DNA from: Nitrospinaceae bacterium
GTDB lineage: Bacteria; Nitrospinota; Nitrospinia; Nitrospinales; Nitrospinaceae
Length of the DNA: 64,000 nucleotides
Direction of reading: 5' to 3'
Assembly: GCA_965237905.1 (NCBI GenBank)
Contig: OZ250172.1
Span: 2,112,001 to 2,176,000 of the forward strand
Shown here: one piece after another, positions 9,827 to 20,304 of the stretch
Numbering within the stretch: position 1 is the stretch's first letter
How the letters are laid out: each line of letters starts with the position of its first letter
Position numbers and translations under genes: made by a program
The notes under the pieces: generated by a model
What the model saw: only the letters and a program-made list of their open reading frames with translations
What the model was told of the DNA's origin: nothing
Database searches by the model: none

Positions 9827-10024
9827 GAGCATATTGATTCAAAAAGGGTTTCGGCGATTCGATGCCGGTTCGGATGATTTGTGTTCCACCTGTGCATTTG
9901 TTAAGCTGAAAAACGAAGACGGCGGGAAACCCTTGCCAATACTGGTTAATCACGGGGATCGAAAATTTTTTTAAGAAAAATTGTTATCAGATTTTGCTTG
10001 ATTGGGGATTTTCTCCGGCCAAAA

Positions 10025-10074
10025 TTTTTTTTCATTTTTTTTCATTTTTTTTTCATTTTTTTTTCATTTTTTTT
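10025..10074. repeat. Phased T-tract array T8-CA-T8-CA-T9-CA-T9-CA-T8
   Basis: Read directly; unit lengths 10, 10, 11, 11 bp. Confidence 0.9.
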
Positions 10075-10084
10075 GAAATATTTT

Positions 10085-10879
10085 ATGAAATTTCCTCTTA
10101 AAACCCATTCGATTGACGGTTTTTCATATTTCCCCCGTCTCGTTCATGCCTTCAGTCCGAGAAGTTTCGAGAGGGAGAAAGGGGTCCGTGAGGAATTATT
10201 GCTGGGTCGAAAGACTGATCCAAGATCCTCTCCACAGCATCGTCAGTGGTTACTTGAAAATTTAAACATCGACTCAAAAGAACTTTTTTTTGTGAAGCAG
10301 GTTCATGGCGATCGGGTTTTTGTTTTGGATGATCCTCAAAAGTCAGCCGATCAAGTGGAGCAGGAAGAGGCAGATGGCTTGATCACTCACCTGACTGATA
10401 AGCCGATAGCGGTGCTGACCGCCGATTGCGTTCCAGTCATTCTGTATGACCCTGAAAAGCATGTTACCGGGGTGATCCATGCCGGACGGAAGGGCACCCA
10501 AATGAGCATTGTTTCAAAAACTATATCAATGTTATCCAAGATTTACGGGTCCCGCCCCGAAGATGTGGTGATGGCTCTGGGGCCGGCGATTGGGGGCTGC
10601 TGTTACGAGGTGGAGGATTCCTGTATCGTACCGTTCCGGGAAAATTATCGGGGATGGGAAGACTTTGTGACCTCTAATTCTCAAAGCCGTTTCATGTTGG
10701 ATCTCCTGAAAGCCAACGCAATGGATGGTGTGGGGGCGGGAATCCTAAAAGAAAATATCCATCGATCGGGTGAGTGCACCGCCTGCAACAACGACCGATG
10801 GTTTTCTTACCGTAAGGAAGGGACGACTGGCAGGATCGTCAGTCTGGCGATGCTCCGTGAGGAACCCGCCCAGGTTTGA
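10085..10879 (+). CDS. pgeF: PgeF/YfiH family (peptidoglycan editing factor / laccase-domain purine nucleoside enzyme)
   Basis: KQVHG, ADGLIT, VLTADCVPV, HAGRKG, GPAIGGCCYEV, CTAC...FSYRKEG. Start moved to ATG 10085 because the upstream extension only translates the T-tracts. Confidence 0.9.
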   Translation: MKFPLKTHSIDGFSYFPRLVHAFSPRSFEREKGVREELLLGRKTDPRSSPQHRQWLLENLNIDSKELFFVKQVHGDRVFVLDDPQKSADQVEQEEADGLITHLTDKPIAVLTADCVPVILYDPEKHVTGVIHAGRKGTQMSIVSKTISMLSKIYGSRPEDVVMALGPAIGGCCYEVEDSCIVPFRENYRGWEDFVTSNSQSRFMLDLLKANAMDGVGAGILKENIHRSGECTACNNDRWFSYRKEGTTGRIVSLAMLREEPAQV

Positions 10880-10900
10880 GAGGCAGGGGGTCTGCCGTTT

Positions 10901-11266
10901 TTAGCTGTCGGTCTTGGTGAGAATGGCGTCCACCCGTTTTTCGAAATCTTCTCCAATGGGTTTCACCATGAAATCCGCACCCCCCTCGGCAATGAACTGT
11001 TTGATCAATTCAGAATTGGAATAGGCGGTAATCATGGCACAGGGGATTTCAGGTTTCACTTCTCTCATACGCTCGAAGGTCTGCATCCCGTTCATGTTTT
11101 TCATCATGAAATCCATGAGGACAAGGTCCACCGGGTTCGATTGCAACATTTCGATTCCCGAATTGCCGTTCACGGCTTCAAGGACCGAATGCCCCGCCTT
11201 GGCAAGGCGCCGATTCAAGGTTTTTCGGGTTAACTCATGGTCTTCAACGATCAATATGGTGCTCAT
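10901..11266 (-). CDS. Single-domain response regulator (receiver only)
   Basis: ILIVED, DLVLMD, ITA and KP receiver motifs; overlaps the kinase stop. Confidence 0.9.
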   Translation of the reverse strand: MSTILIVEDHELTRKTLNRRLAKAGHSVLEAVNGNSGIEMLQSNPVDLVLMDFMMKNMNGMQTFERMREVKPEIPCAMITAYSNSELIKQFIAEGGADFMVKPIGEDFEKRVDAILTKTDS

Positions 11267-13802
11267 TCTTGGCTCCTGATTGTGGTTCTAAGGGTATTGA
11301 GAAAGTGAAAAGGCTTCCTTGTCCAAGGGTGCTTTGGACGGAAATCTGTCCACCATGCATTTCCACCAGTTTTTTGGCGATGGCCAGTCCCAGACCGGTG
11401 CCGGATGCGGCCCGTGTCGGAGATTCGTCCACCTGACGAAACAAATCAAAGATCACCGTGATGTCATCCTGGGATAAACCCACGCCAGTGTCCTGAATAC
11501 TGAATACCGCCTGAGAATCCTCTCCGGCGACCTTGATTTTGATACGGCCCTGATCAGTAAATTTAACAGCATTGCTGAGCAGATTGAATATAATTTGTTT
11601 GATCCGAATTTTATCAGCACATATTTCAATATTGTCCATTTCCAGCACGATGGGAAGTCCCTTTTGCTTGGCGATAATTTGGTAACCGGAAACCACGTCC
11701 TCCACCAGATTTTTGACGGAGAACCATTCCGGATACAACTCCATTTTATTGGCCTCGATTTTGGAAAAATCGAGAAGATCGTCGATCAAGGACAATAGAT
11801 GCTTGCCGGAATTTTCGATATCCAGGGCAATGGATGCGATTTCGTTCTGTTCCGGGAGTTCGTGTCCCTGAGTTAAAAGCGGTGTGTTGCCCAGCATGAC
11901 GGTCAGCGGGGTACGCAGTTCGTGAGAAATGACGCTTAAAAAATCTGATTTCAAACGGTTGGATTCCTCGGCTTTTTTCGCCGCCAGCTTCAGGTTCAGC
12001 TCCACTTTTTTCTGCTCGGTGATATCGGTGCCAAATCCGATTGTCTCCACCAATTGCCCGCTTTCGTTGAACCGGTGAATATTGCTCCAGGCGACCACCC
12101 GGGTTTCGCCGGAACGGGTGAACAACTCCAGTTCCACATTTCGGGCGGGGCCTTTGGATTTGAGCTGGCGTAACTGTTCGACCTGTTTGTCGGATTTTTC
12201 CGGAAACAGCGTGCTCCACCAGTTTTTCCCGATCAGTTCGTCGGAAGAGTAACCGGTGGTTTTTTCCACTGCCGGGTTGGTGAAACGGGTGATTCCATCT
12301 GGAGACAACCCCACTACTAAAGCGGGAGTGCGTTCGATGACGCGGGCGGTATAATCCCTTTCGTTTCGTAACGCTTCCTCAAAACGTTTGCGCTGGGTAA
12401 TGTCCCGCACCATGCCCAGGTATAAAGTGGGACGGGGGCTTTGATCGGAGCGGGGGGTTCGCCGCCGCTCGGGCATTTGGATTTCGCTGATGGAGAGGTC
12501 GATGGGAAACAACGTTCCATTTTTATGCTCTCCGGTCATTTCGGTGATTTTCCCGATCAGGTTGCGTTGACTGGTCAGGAAGTTGCCCTTGCGCAGGTCG
12601 CCTTCCCGGCACAAATTCGGAATCAATAATAGGATGTTTTTGCTGACGGCCGTCTTGGATTGATAACCGAAGATAGACTCCGCCGCCGGGTTGACAGACG
12701 TGATGGCCCCGAATCTATCAAACGTGATAATCCCTTCCAGGGCGTTGACCAAAATGGACCGGATTTGTTCTTCGCTGTATTGCAGGGCGTCGAAGTTCCG
12801 GGCCCGGTCGATGCCCAGGGATATTTCGTCCGCCGCCTTGGACAGGCCATATTGCATCGTTTTGGTCAGAGGATTGCGGGAAAATAACTCAAAAGCTCCC
12901 AGCAATTGCTGGTTGATGACCAATGGGTGGGCATAATAAGAACATACCCCGGCCTTTTGCATCCATTTTTTCTCATTGGCCAAGGCAGGGTCCTCGCTGG
13001 GGGTGTGAGTGACATAGGGTTTTCGTTTTTGCGCGAGCTCTCCTATGATTCCTTTTCCCAGGGAAACGGGATCTACCGGGAGGTTCGTCAAATCCTTACT
13101 GCCGGCGCAAGCGTGAACTTCCAACATTTCATCATGGGGATAGAAAATCCAGATCCGGACCAGTGCGGCATCGAAAAAATTTTTAAAGGATTCCACACAT
13201 TGATCCAAAACCTCATGTAAAGAGGTACTCCCTGCCAACGCCGCACCAATTTCAGCACCGAATTCTCCCAGGAACATCCGCTCGGCCAAAGCCGCCTCGG
13301 CTTTCCTGCGTTCGGTAATGTTTTCGCCAACGCCTAAAATCCCGATCACTTTTCCCGCTTCATCAAACCGGGGAGACAAAGTCAACTGAACCCAAAGTTT
13401 TTGCCCATCCTTGGTGAATTCCTCCACCTCGCAGGTCATTCCCTTTTTTTCCTTGAGAATGTGCTGATGCACCTCCTGGATAGTTTTGCGGCTGTCTCCG
13501 CCCTCGGGATAAAGCTTGAGTATTTTTTCCTTACCGACCATTTCCTCGGCGGTATAACCCAGCATATTTTCAGCGCCCTTGTTCCAGAAAATAATGTTGC
13601 CCTCAAAATCCGTCCCAAGGATGGAAACGGCGGAAGGACTCTCTAATATATTTTGGAGTGCGGCTTTTTTCTGGCATAATTCCTCTTCTTTCAGCTTCCA
13701 GTCCACCGCTTCCAATTTCCACTGGGAAAGCTCACGGCGGAGAGCCTCAATTTCTTCAAGCAGTTCGCCCTTATTCTTGCTTTGGAGTTTGGTATCAATC
13801 AT
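11244..13802 (-). CDS. Cytoplasmic PAS-GAF-PAS-PAS sensor histidine kinase
   Basis: H-box SHELRTPL; N/G boxes NLLSNAVKFT, DTGVG, GTGLGL; three PAS/PAC repeats ending in (D/N)IT(E/Q)xK; no TM segment seen. Confidence 0.93.
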   Translation of the reverse strand: MIDTKLQSKNKGELLEEIEALRRELSQWKLEAVDWKLKEEELCQKKAALQNILESPSAVSILGTDFEGNIIFWNKGAENMLGYTAEEMVGKEKILKLYPEGGDSRKTIQEVHQHILKEKKGMTCEVEEFTKDGQKLWVQLTLSPRFDEAGKVIGILGVGENITERRKAEAALAERMFLGEFGAEIGAALAGSTSLHEVLDQCVESFKNFFDAALVRIWIFYPHDEMLEVHACAGSKDLTNLPVDPVSLGKGIIGELAQKRKPYVTHTPSEDPALANEKKWMQKAGVCSYYAHPLVINQQLLGAFELFSRNPLTKTMQYGLSKAADEISLGIDRARNFDALQYSEEQIRSILVNALEGIITFDRFGAITSVNPAAESIFGYQSKTAVSKNILLLIPNLCREGDLRKGNFLTSQRNLIGKITEMTGEHKNGTLFPIDLSISEIQMPERRRTPRSDQSPRPTLYLGMVRDITQRKRFEEALRNERDYTARVIERTPALVVGLSPDGITRFTNPAVEKTTGYSSDELIGKNWWSTLFPEKSDKQVEQLRQLKSKGPARNVELELFTRSGETRVVAWSNIHRFNESGQLVETIGFGTDITEQKKVELNLKLAAKKAEESNRLKSDFLSVISHELRTPLTVMLGNTPLLTQGHELPEQNEIASIALDIENSGKHLLSLIDDLLDFSKIEANKMELYPEWFSVKNLVEDVVSGYQIIAKQKGLPIVLEMDNIEICADKIRIKQIIFNLLSNAVKFTDQGRIKIKVAGEDSQAVFSIQDTGVGLSQDDITVIFDLFRQVDESPTRAASGTGLGLAIAKKLVEMHGGQISVQSTLGQGSLFTFSIPLEPQSGAKNEHHIDR

Positions 13803-14029
13803 TATTTTATTAATAATGTAGGCATTGAATAATCAATTGGGTTGGGAAGATTTGCTTCAAATACTATAGTATTCTAAAGTATACGCAAATCAAAATCTAA
13901 ATGGGATGGGATAAACCCTTTAAAAATAATGTATTATGGACTAGAGAGATTTTTTGAAGTACCCAAAACGGGGTATTTTCAACTTTTTAAACCAATTTTA
14001 TTGCCCCATAGGGATGACACAGGATCAGG

Positions 14030-15835
14030 ATGACTGGGAAAAAAGATATTAATCCGATTCCACCTTTGGAAAAGTTTCCGTTTCCGCTGGAGTGGATCAA
14101 ATCCAACCCACAAAAGGTGGAGGAAGCGTTGTCCCGGATGTCGATACCGGAGCAGGTGCGGTGTGTTCAATCACTGCGGGGCAAGGACCAGATGGACCTG
14201 TTGACATTGTCCAGCCAGGCGGTGCCGGTGGCGCGCCTGCTTCCCGAAGAAGATATTTATTTTATGGTTAAGGAAGTGGGCGAGGAGGATGCCCTGCCGG
14301 TATTGGCGATCATTTCCGAAAAGCAGGTACAGTATCTGTTTGATATGGAATGGTGGCGGGGCGACAAGTTTCTGCCGCAAAAAGCCATGGATTGGTTGCT
14401 GTGGATGGAGAAGGCCAACGACCGGCAACTGCTTCACTGGCTTCTGACCGAGGACTTCGATCAAAAGGTGATGGTTCTGCAATCCCTCATCAAGGTCTTC
14501 AAGAAGGATGAAATGACCGATCAGTACGAAGGTGTCGAAAGTTTGGAACATTTCACCCTTGATGGGGTGTTCGACATATTTTTGAAAGTGCCCGACGCCG
14601 CTCCCCTGCTTAAAAACCTGTTCAAGCTTCTTTACAGCGAAGACCAGAAAGTGTTTTATGCGCTGATGGAGGCGGTGATCTGGTACCCCATCACTCCTAC
14701 GGTGGAAACGGCCTACCGCTGGCAGCGTTCCCGTGTCGAAGAAAAGGGGATCGTCCCTTATGAAGATGCGATTGGGGTGTACAGCCTGCTGGATGTGGAT
14801 GCCCTGAAGCTGGACGCGCCTTCGCATGAAGTGTTTGTCGACCCGGAGTCGCCTTATGCGGTGGCTCCGGTGCATCCTCTGACGGATACCAATCCCTCGA
14901 CCTTTTTCGGGCAGTGTCTGGCCATGATGAAGAATCATGAACGGGTGAACGCCATCTGCTGGGAGCTGATGTATCTCGCCAACAAGGTGATGGTGGCCGA
15001 CCAGCAGGAATTCGGCAACCTGGATTCCCACCACGAGACCATGCGCAAGGTGCTGGGCTATATCAATATCGGGTTGGAATTGGGAGCGGGCGGCGATATC
15101 GCCAAAGGGGAGTCGCTGTTGAATCAGACTTGGATACAGCCGCTGTTCCAGGTGGGTTACGCGGGGATCATGCGCCTCAAGTGGGAGGGCGAAAAGCTGG
15201 TCAAGGAACACGGTCTTCTGCTGGAATATTTACTCACGCCGGGCTACATGGATCATCTGGCCGCTTCCATGGCACGGTTTCCCAAAATCGGGGTTATGCA
15301 GGCAGAAGAGACGGAGGAAGTTGAAACCAACATTCAGTGGAGAAATCTGGAGTCCCTGCAGGACATTCAAGTTCTCGAAAACTTTTTGAACCTGGACCGG
15401 TTTTATGTCCGGTTCGCCCGGCAAAGTCTGGATTTGTCGCTGGAAAAGATCCAACAATTCCTGGAAGAAGCCCGTTTCCCGGCCAACAAGGAGGATTTGG
15501 ATGTGAAGGTCCTGACGCTCACCGCGCTGGCGCGGTTCACTCTGTTTAAGAAGATCGAATGCCAGCCTCTGTTGCCTGAGGGAGCCCGGTCGTTTTTACA
15601 GGCGATTTTTCATGTGGGGATTTACCAGGACGAATCGAAAGTCGTCAATGACGATATTTTGCAGGCGTTCCGGAAGCGCCTGTTTGAAACCTCCCTCGCC
15701 TGGATTCCGGAGGACAAAGAGCGGCTCGACCACTTGTTGCAGGAATGTGTTCATACGCTTCAAACCCAGTTTGGCCGGTTGGACTCTTCCAGGAAAATCG
15801 AGTGGCAGTTTACCCGGGGTTTGCTCCTGAAATAG
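14030..15835 (+). CDS. Conserved hypothetical protein (DUF6178-like)
   Basis: 601-aa ORF. The pattern DIYFMVKEVG..D, FDMEWW, YLANKVMVAD, GYINIGLE, LFQVGY resembles DUF6178 proteins from memory. Confidence 0.7.
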   Translation: MTGKKDINPIPPLEKFPFPLEWIKSNPQKVEEALSRMSIPEQVRCVQSLRGKDQMDLLTLSSQAVPVARLLPEEDIYFMVKEVGEEDALPVLAIISEKQVQYLFDMEWWRGDKFLPQKAMDWLLWMEKANDRQLLHWLLTEDFDQKVMVLQSLIKVFKKDEMTDQYEGVESLEHFTLDGVFDIFLKVPDAAPLLKNLFKLLYSEDQKVFYALMEAVIWYPITPTVETAYRWQRSRVEEKGIVPYEDAIGVYSLLDVDALKLDAPSHEVFVDPESPYAVAPVHPLTDTNPSTFFGQCLAMMKNHERVNAICWELMYLANKVMVADQQEFGNLDSHHETMRKVLGYINIGLELGAGGDIAKGESLLNQTWIQPLFQVGYAGIMRLKWEGEKLVKEHGLLLEYLLTPGYMDHLAASMARFPKIGVMQAEETEEVETNIQWRNLESLQDIQVLENFLNLDRFYVRFARQSLDLSLEKIQQFLEEARFPANKEDLDVKVLTLTALARFTLFKKIECQPLLPEGARSFLQAIFHVGIYQDESKVVNDDILQAFRKRLFETSLAWIPEDKERLDHLLQECVHTLQTQFGRLDSSRKIEWQFTRGLLLK

Positions 15836-15986
15836 AAAGAGTTTTCCGATTGTTGACGGTGTCCCGGCCAGAGTTCTGCCGTACTGTAAATTTTTATTTT
15901 CATATCAATTCAAAAGGGTGATATAGTCTCACTCCGCCCAAGCACGACATCCTTTTTAAGCAATTTAAACTTGTATTGAGGTAAGC

Positions 15987-16169
15987 ATGGCAGAGAGCCC
16001 TGAAACCAGAGAAGATCCCAACAAGACCCCGGAGACTGCAGGCGGAGAACCCGGTATCCTGGAAAACTACGGGTCTTTTCCCGTTTGGCTGTTGCGGTTG
16101 ATTCAACTGATTACTCCCAGCTGTCTGGTCAGCAAAACCCCACCCAAAAAGAAAGACTATCGGATCTAA
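15987..16169 (+). CDS. Small hypothetical protein (60 aa) upstream of purH
   Basis: GAGGT RBS before ATG; stop lies 10 bp before purH. Confidence 0.5.
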   Translation: MAESPETREDPNKTPETAGGEPGILENYGSFPVWLLRLIQLITPSCLVSKTPPKKKDYRI

Positions 16170-16178
16170 GATCATCCC

Positions 16179-17735
16179 ATGAGGCCAATCAAACGGGCAC
16201 TCGTCAGTGTGTCCGACAAAACCGATATCGCCGAATTTGCCAAACAGCTCCATCAGCGAGGCGTAGAAATCCTGTCCACCGGCGGCACGGCGGAGCTGAT
16301 GAAGAAAAACGGCGTGCCGGTAACGCTCATCTCTGACTACACAGGTTTCCCTGAAATGATGGACGGGCGCATCAAAACCCTCCATCCGAAAGTGCACGGC
16401 GGCATTCTCGGACGGCGCGACGTGCCGGCCCACATGGAAGCCATGAAGCAACACGCCATCCAACCCATCGACATGGTGGTGATCAACCTGTATCCCTTCG
16501 AGGCCACCATCGCCAAGGCAGGGTGTACGCTGGCGGACGCCATCGAAAATATCGACATCGGCGGACCCGCCATGGTGCGGTCGGCCTCCAAAAATTATAA
16601 CGATGTCGCCATTGTGGTGAACCCTGCGGATTATGAACGGGTCCTGAAGGAAATGGACGAGAACAACGGAGCGGTGACTCTGGAAACCCGCCAGCGTCTC
16701 AGCCGCGATGCGTTTACCATGACTGCCCGCTACGATTCGATGATTTCCGGATATCTGTCCGGCCAGATCGGAGAGGCTTCAAAATTTCCGCCCGGTTATC
16801 AAACCGGACTGCTCAAGGTGCAGGATTTGCGTTATGGGGAGAACCCACACCAGGCGGCGGCCCTCTACAAAGAAGCGCAACCGTTGAAAACAGACGCTGT
16901 GCAGGCTGAGCAGTTGCAGGGTAAAGAACTCTCCTTCAATAATTATATCGATATGAATGCCGCCTGGGAGTGTGCCCTCGAATTTGAAGAATCCACCGCC
17001 GTCATCATCAAACACACCAACCCCTGCGGCACCGCCAGCGGCAAAGAGCAAACGGCAGTATTCATCCAGGCGCGTGAGACCGATCCGGTTTCCGCGTTCG
17101 GCGGCGTGTTGGGATTCAACCGGGCTGTCACCCTGACCACCGCTGAAGAAATCGTGAAGAATTTTGTTGAGGTGATCATCGCGCCCGGTTACGAACCGGC
17201 GGCGTTGGAGTTGTTCGCCAAAAAGAAGAACGTGCGCGTTATGCAGATGTCCACCATCGAGGGTGTGACGGAGCGGAGCCGGATGGATATGAAACGCATC
17301 GGCGGCGGCCTTCTGCTTCAGGATGCGGACGAGTTGACCCTGGACCCGGAAAAACTCAAAGTCGTCAGCAAAGTTCAGCCGGACGACGCCACGCTGGAAG
17401 AACTCAAATTCGCCTGGAAGGTGGCCAAGCACGTCAAATCCAACGCCATTGTGTATGCGCGAGGCACCGAGACGGTGGGCATCGGCGCCGGGCAGATGAG
17501 CCGGGTCGATTCGGCACGGCTGGCTATCGAGAAAGCCAATAAGGAAGTGAAGGGATGCGTGATGGCCTCCGACGCGTTCTTCCCGTTCCGCGATTCGATT
17601 GATGCTGCCGCCGAACGGGGAATCCGCGCCATCATCCAACCCGGTGGTTCCATCCGCGACGAGGAGGTCATTCAGGCGGCGGATGAGCACAAGATCGCCA
17701 TGGTGTTCACCGGCATTCGCCACTTCAAGCACTGA
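16179..17735 (+). CDS. purH: Bifunctional AICAR formyltransferase/IMP cyclohydrolase
   Basis: [41 protein letters not shown]-terminal RHFKH. Confidence 0.98.
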   Translation: MRPIKRALVSVSDKTDIAEFAKQLHQRGVEILSTGGTAELMKKNGVPVTLISDYTGFPEMMDGRIKTLHPKVHGGILGRRDVPAHMEAMKQHAIQPIDMVVINLYPFEATIAKAGCTLADAIENIDIGGPAMVRSASKNYNDVAIVVNPADYERVLKEMDENNGAVTLETRQRLSRDAFTMTARYDSMISGYLSGQIGEASKFPPGYQTGLLKVQDLRYGENPHQAAALYKEAQPLKTDAVQAEQLQGKELSFNNYIDMNAAWECALEFEESTAVIIKHTNPCGTASGKEQTAVFIQARETDPVSAFGGVLGFNRAVTLTTAEEIVKNFVEVIIAPGYEPAALELFAKKKNVRVMQMSTIEGVTERSRMDMKRIGGGLLLQDADELTLDPEKLKVVSKVQPDDATLEELKFAWKVAKHVKSNAIVYARGTETVGIGAGQMSRVDSARLAIEKANKEVKGCVMASDAFFPFRDSIDAAAERGIRAIIQPGGSIRDEEVIQAADEHKIAMVFTGIRHFKH

Positions 17736-17897
17736 TTCCCCAGGAACCTCTGCAATTCCCCTTCCCTGCCATCAACTTTTTCAGCCATTGATCCGACAAT
17801 AATAAAGAACGCGGCGTCTCGCACCAGATGTGTTTTGACGGTTCGAATGGTACACTGATTACAATCTCATTGAATCATCAAGGAACTCCTACGGCTC

Positions 17898-18686
17898 ATG
17901 GAACGTTGGCTCACTCTATTGCACAGACTCGGAAAGGTGGTGCCACAGGCGCTGACCGTTCTTTTGGTGCTTGCTGTGGCCGCGGCCGCTGTATATGAAT
18001 GGCAAAAACCGGTCCTGCATCAATTACGGGATAAGGACCTTTACCGTTACGAGCAGATGGTTGACGCAGCGTCACGCCTGCATTGGATCAATGCCTGGAA
18101 TCAGTACGCTGCGTTGCAGGAAATCAGCCTTGCCGAGTTGCACCGGGAGCGGTACCAGCGCTGGAAACAACAGTGGGCAACCAGCGGGGAATTCCGGCAA
18201 AGCATGTTGCGTCAAAAAGCGGAAGCCCGGGAACACATTAAAAAGTCGCAGGCCAGGAAATACGATGATCAGAAGCAGGAGTTGGAACAATACCGCCGAA
18301 AACAGGACTCTGCTCTACTGCGCGTGCATTGGGAGCAAGCGACGCCCTGGCAGAAGTCGTTGATCCTCCGCGACCGGTGCGTCCGCTATTTGAATCAGGA
18401 ATTGGAAGACTACCGCCAGCGCCGCCACGTCAAAGGGTCCCTGCACGGCGCCGCCCGCTTGGCGCAATCGCGCATCGCGAATGTCAGTCCCGGAAGTTTA
18501 TGCCGGGAAATGGTATCCCTCAGTCATGACACACCCTCCGTTCACCGTGCTTTGGGCAAACTGAAAAAGGGGATGAACTATTATTATTTTGTCCGCTTGT
18601 TGGAGGATATCGGCATTTCCGATTCCGAGTTGTTCACCGTGACGGAAAAACTGGAAGGCATGACGCGCGACTTCAACGGATTTTAA
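17898..18686 (+). CDS. Hypothetical protein with N-terminal TM helix and coiled-coil region
   Basis: 262-aa ORF filling the gap; AAGGA upstream. Confidence 0.65.
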   Translation: MERWLTLLHRLGKVVPQALTVLLVLAVAAAAVYEWQKPVLHQLRDKDLYRYEQMVDAASRLHWINAWNQYAALQEISLAELHRERYQRWKQQWATSGEFRQSMLRQKAEAREHIKKSQARKYDDQKQELEQYRRKQDSALLRVHWEQATPWQKSLILRDRCVRYLNQELEDYRQRRHVKGSLHGAARLAQSRIANVSPGSLCREMVSLSHDTPSVHRALGKLKKGMNYYYFVRLLEDIGISDSELFTVTEKLEGMTRDFNGF

Positions 18687-18696
18687 TCCGGGATTT

Positions 18697-19158
18697 TCAG
18701 GAGTTGTCGGTGTTTTGCTTTTCGGGCTGTTCGGTGGGTCCGCCTGTGATGGCGGTCATCAATTGTTTGATCTCGTTGTTGGTTTTGATCTCCGGCAGTT
18801 CGCCCTCGCCGGTTTCTGCGTAGGTCACCAGTTTCCGCAAGGGACGGATGACCAGATTATAAGTGTAAATCCCGCCGATAATTGAAAACAGGCCTCCCAG
18901 AATCGCAATCCACGTTGCTTCATTGCTCAGCCGGTTGGTGGTCATGGATAATCGTTCCTTGATCACATTGATTTCGTCTGCCGTCATCGAGGCCGGTTGC
19001 ATTTGATGGATCACCCGGTCGATCTGCCCCATTTGGATAGACAGGTAAAATGCCATGTATCCGAGAATGGAAACAACTACCAGGTACCCGGTCATGAGCA
19101 GGTTGATAATGCTTTTGCGTTCTCCCGGGAGCTCGTCTCTGAAAATTCCTGTCTTCAT
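18697..19158 (-). CDS. Small two-TM membrane protein with C-terminal HAMP-like segment
   Basis: Two hydrophobic helices followed by RPLRKL...NNEIKQLMTAI. Confidence 0.6.
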   Translation of the reverse strand: MKTGIFRDELPGERKSIINLLMTGYLVVVSILGYMAFYLSIQMGQIDRVIHQMQPASMTADEINVIKERLSMTTNRLSNEATWIAILGGLFSIIGGIYTYNLVIRPLRKLVTYAETGEGELPEIKTNNEIKQLMTAITGGPTEQPEKQNTDNS

Positions 19159-19240
19159 TGCAAGGGTTCCTATTTCAATTTGAGTGTGGCCCCAAACTAC
19201 CGTCAAACCAGCGATGAGGTCAATATCTTTTTACCGGCGA

Positions 19241-19261
19241 CCAGCGTGACGCTGGGCCCAG
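19241..19261. promoter_or_regulatory. Palindrome CCAGCG-TGA-CGCTGG (copy 2)
   Basis: 15-bp core identical to 3576-3590. Confidence 0.5.
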
Positions 19262-19346
19262 TTTGACATAGATGGAAGAGTTCGATGTGCGCCCAATGAT
19301 TTTTTCTGGCCGTTAACCGTCAGCAAATCTCCCCCTCGGTAGAGGG

Positions 19347-20258
19347 TCAGCCCTTCGCTCCTCCTGCTAGGGAGCGGCGGAGGCGGCCCCAGTTGAACGC
19401 CGATCCGGGGTCGTACTTTTTTTTGACGCCCTCGCCAGTTCCTCCCTGGACATGGGCATGCCCGAGAATTCCTTTGAAGGTGGAAAAATTTTTGATTTTG
19501 CCGAGAGGAGTGCGCTGTTTTTCTTTATCAAAGGGCACTTTGAGGGATATGTTCGGTAGCAGTTGGTTGATCCCGAGGCATAAACGGATGAGGGCCTGAT
19601 ACTGTTCTTCGGTGAAATCCCACATGCGTACCGTTCGTCCGTTGATCTGGCGACTGAAGTAACCGCGTTCGCCGTAGGCACGTGAAGCGAAGGCTTTGAA
19701 GTCCGGCGTCCGCAATTTTTTTTGATACTTTTCCGGAATATCGAACCGCCAGCGTCCGTTCACCTTGCGGTAGAGGTCTTTTGGGGCATGATACAGGTCC
19801 GATTCTTCGGCCAGGGCTTGCCAGGAGAGGTTGGCAATTTCGATGTGCACGGCGCGTTCGTTGCCTTGCCGGTCGTCTGCCGGGGCGGTATTGGTTTTCC
19901 AGTACAGGTCGCAGGTCTGGTAAATGGTACCGTCGAGGTCCAGATAAAAATGGCTGCCTTTGAACGTGCTGTCCTGCAAAATTTGGTGGCAGTGATGGGA
20001 GCTGTAACAGACATCATAATGCAGGACGAACTGGTGAACGGATTGTTGGAGTTCCTCGTAAGCCGTTTCCAGATCATTGATTTCGTATTTGGAATACTCG
20101 CGTGTGGGCGCGCCGTTCAGTTGCGGATCGTGTTGCGAACAGTGGCGCCGTCCTCTTGGGTGAGGACAGGTGTAACTCTTGGAGTGGTGCCACAGTACCA
20201 CCGGCGTTTCGATATCCACGGTGTACCCGCACGCCACAATATTCTGGTTGGTTGTCAT
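19347..20258 (-). CDS. N-acetylmuramoyl-L-alanine amidase (Amidase_2-like)
   Basis: FVLHYD, SHFYLDLDGTIYQ, HIEIAN, ILGHAHV, KYDPG. Confidence 0.8.
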   Translation of the reverse strand: MTTNQNIVACGYTVDIETPVVLWHHSKSYTCPHPRGRRHCSQHDPQLNGAPTREYSKYEINDLETAYEELQQSVHQFVLHYDVCYSSHHCHQILQDSTFKGSHFYLDLDGTIYQTCDLYWKTNTAPADDRQGNERAVHIEIANLSWQALAEESDLYHAPKDLYRKVNGRWRFDIPEKYQKKLRTPDFKAFASRAYGERGYFSRQINGRTVRMWDFTEEQYQALIRLCLGINQLLPNISLKVPFDKEKQRTPLGKIKNFSTFKGILGHAHVQGGTGEGVKKKYDPGSAFNWGRLRRSLAGGAKG

Positions 20259-20304
20259 AGAAAGTAGGCAAGGAAAGGTGAGTGGGGGAGGACCGTCATC
20301 CAGC

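Noticed and set aside
9998..10084. Phe-rich N-terminal extension of pgeF in the ORF track
   Set aside because: It is just the translation of the T-tract array; ATG 10085 gives a normal-length protein.
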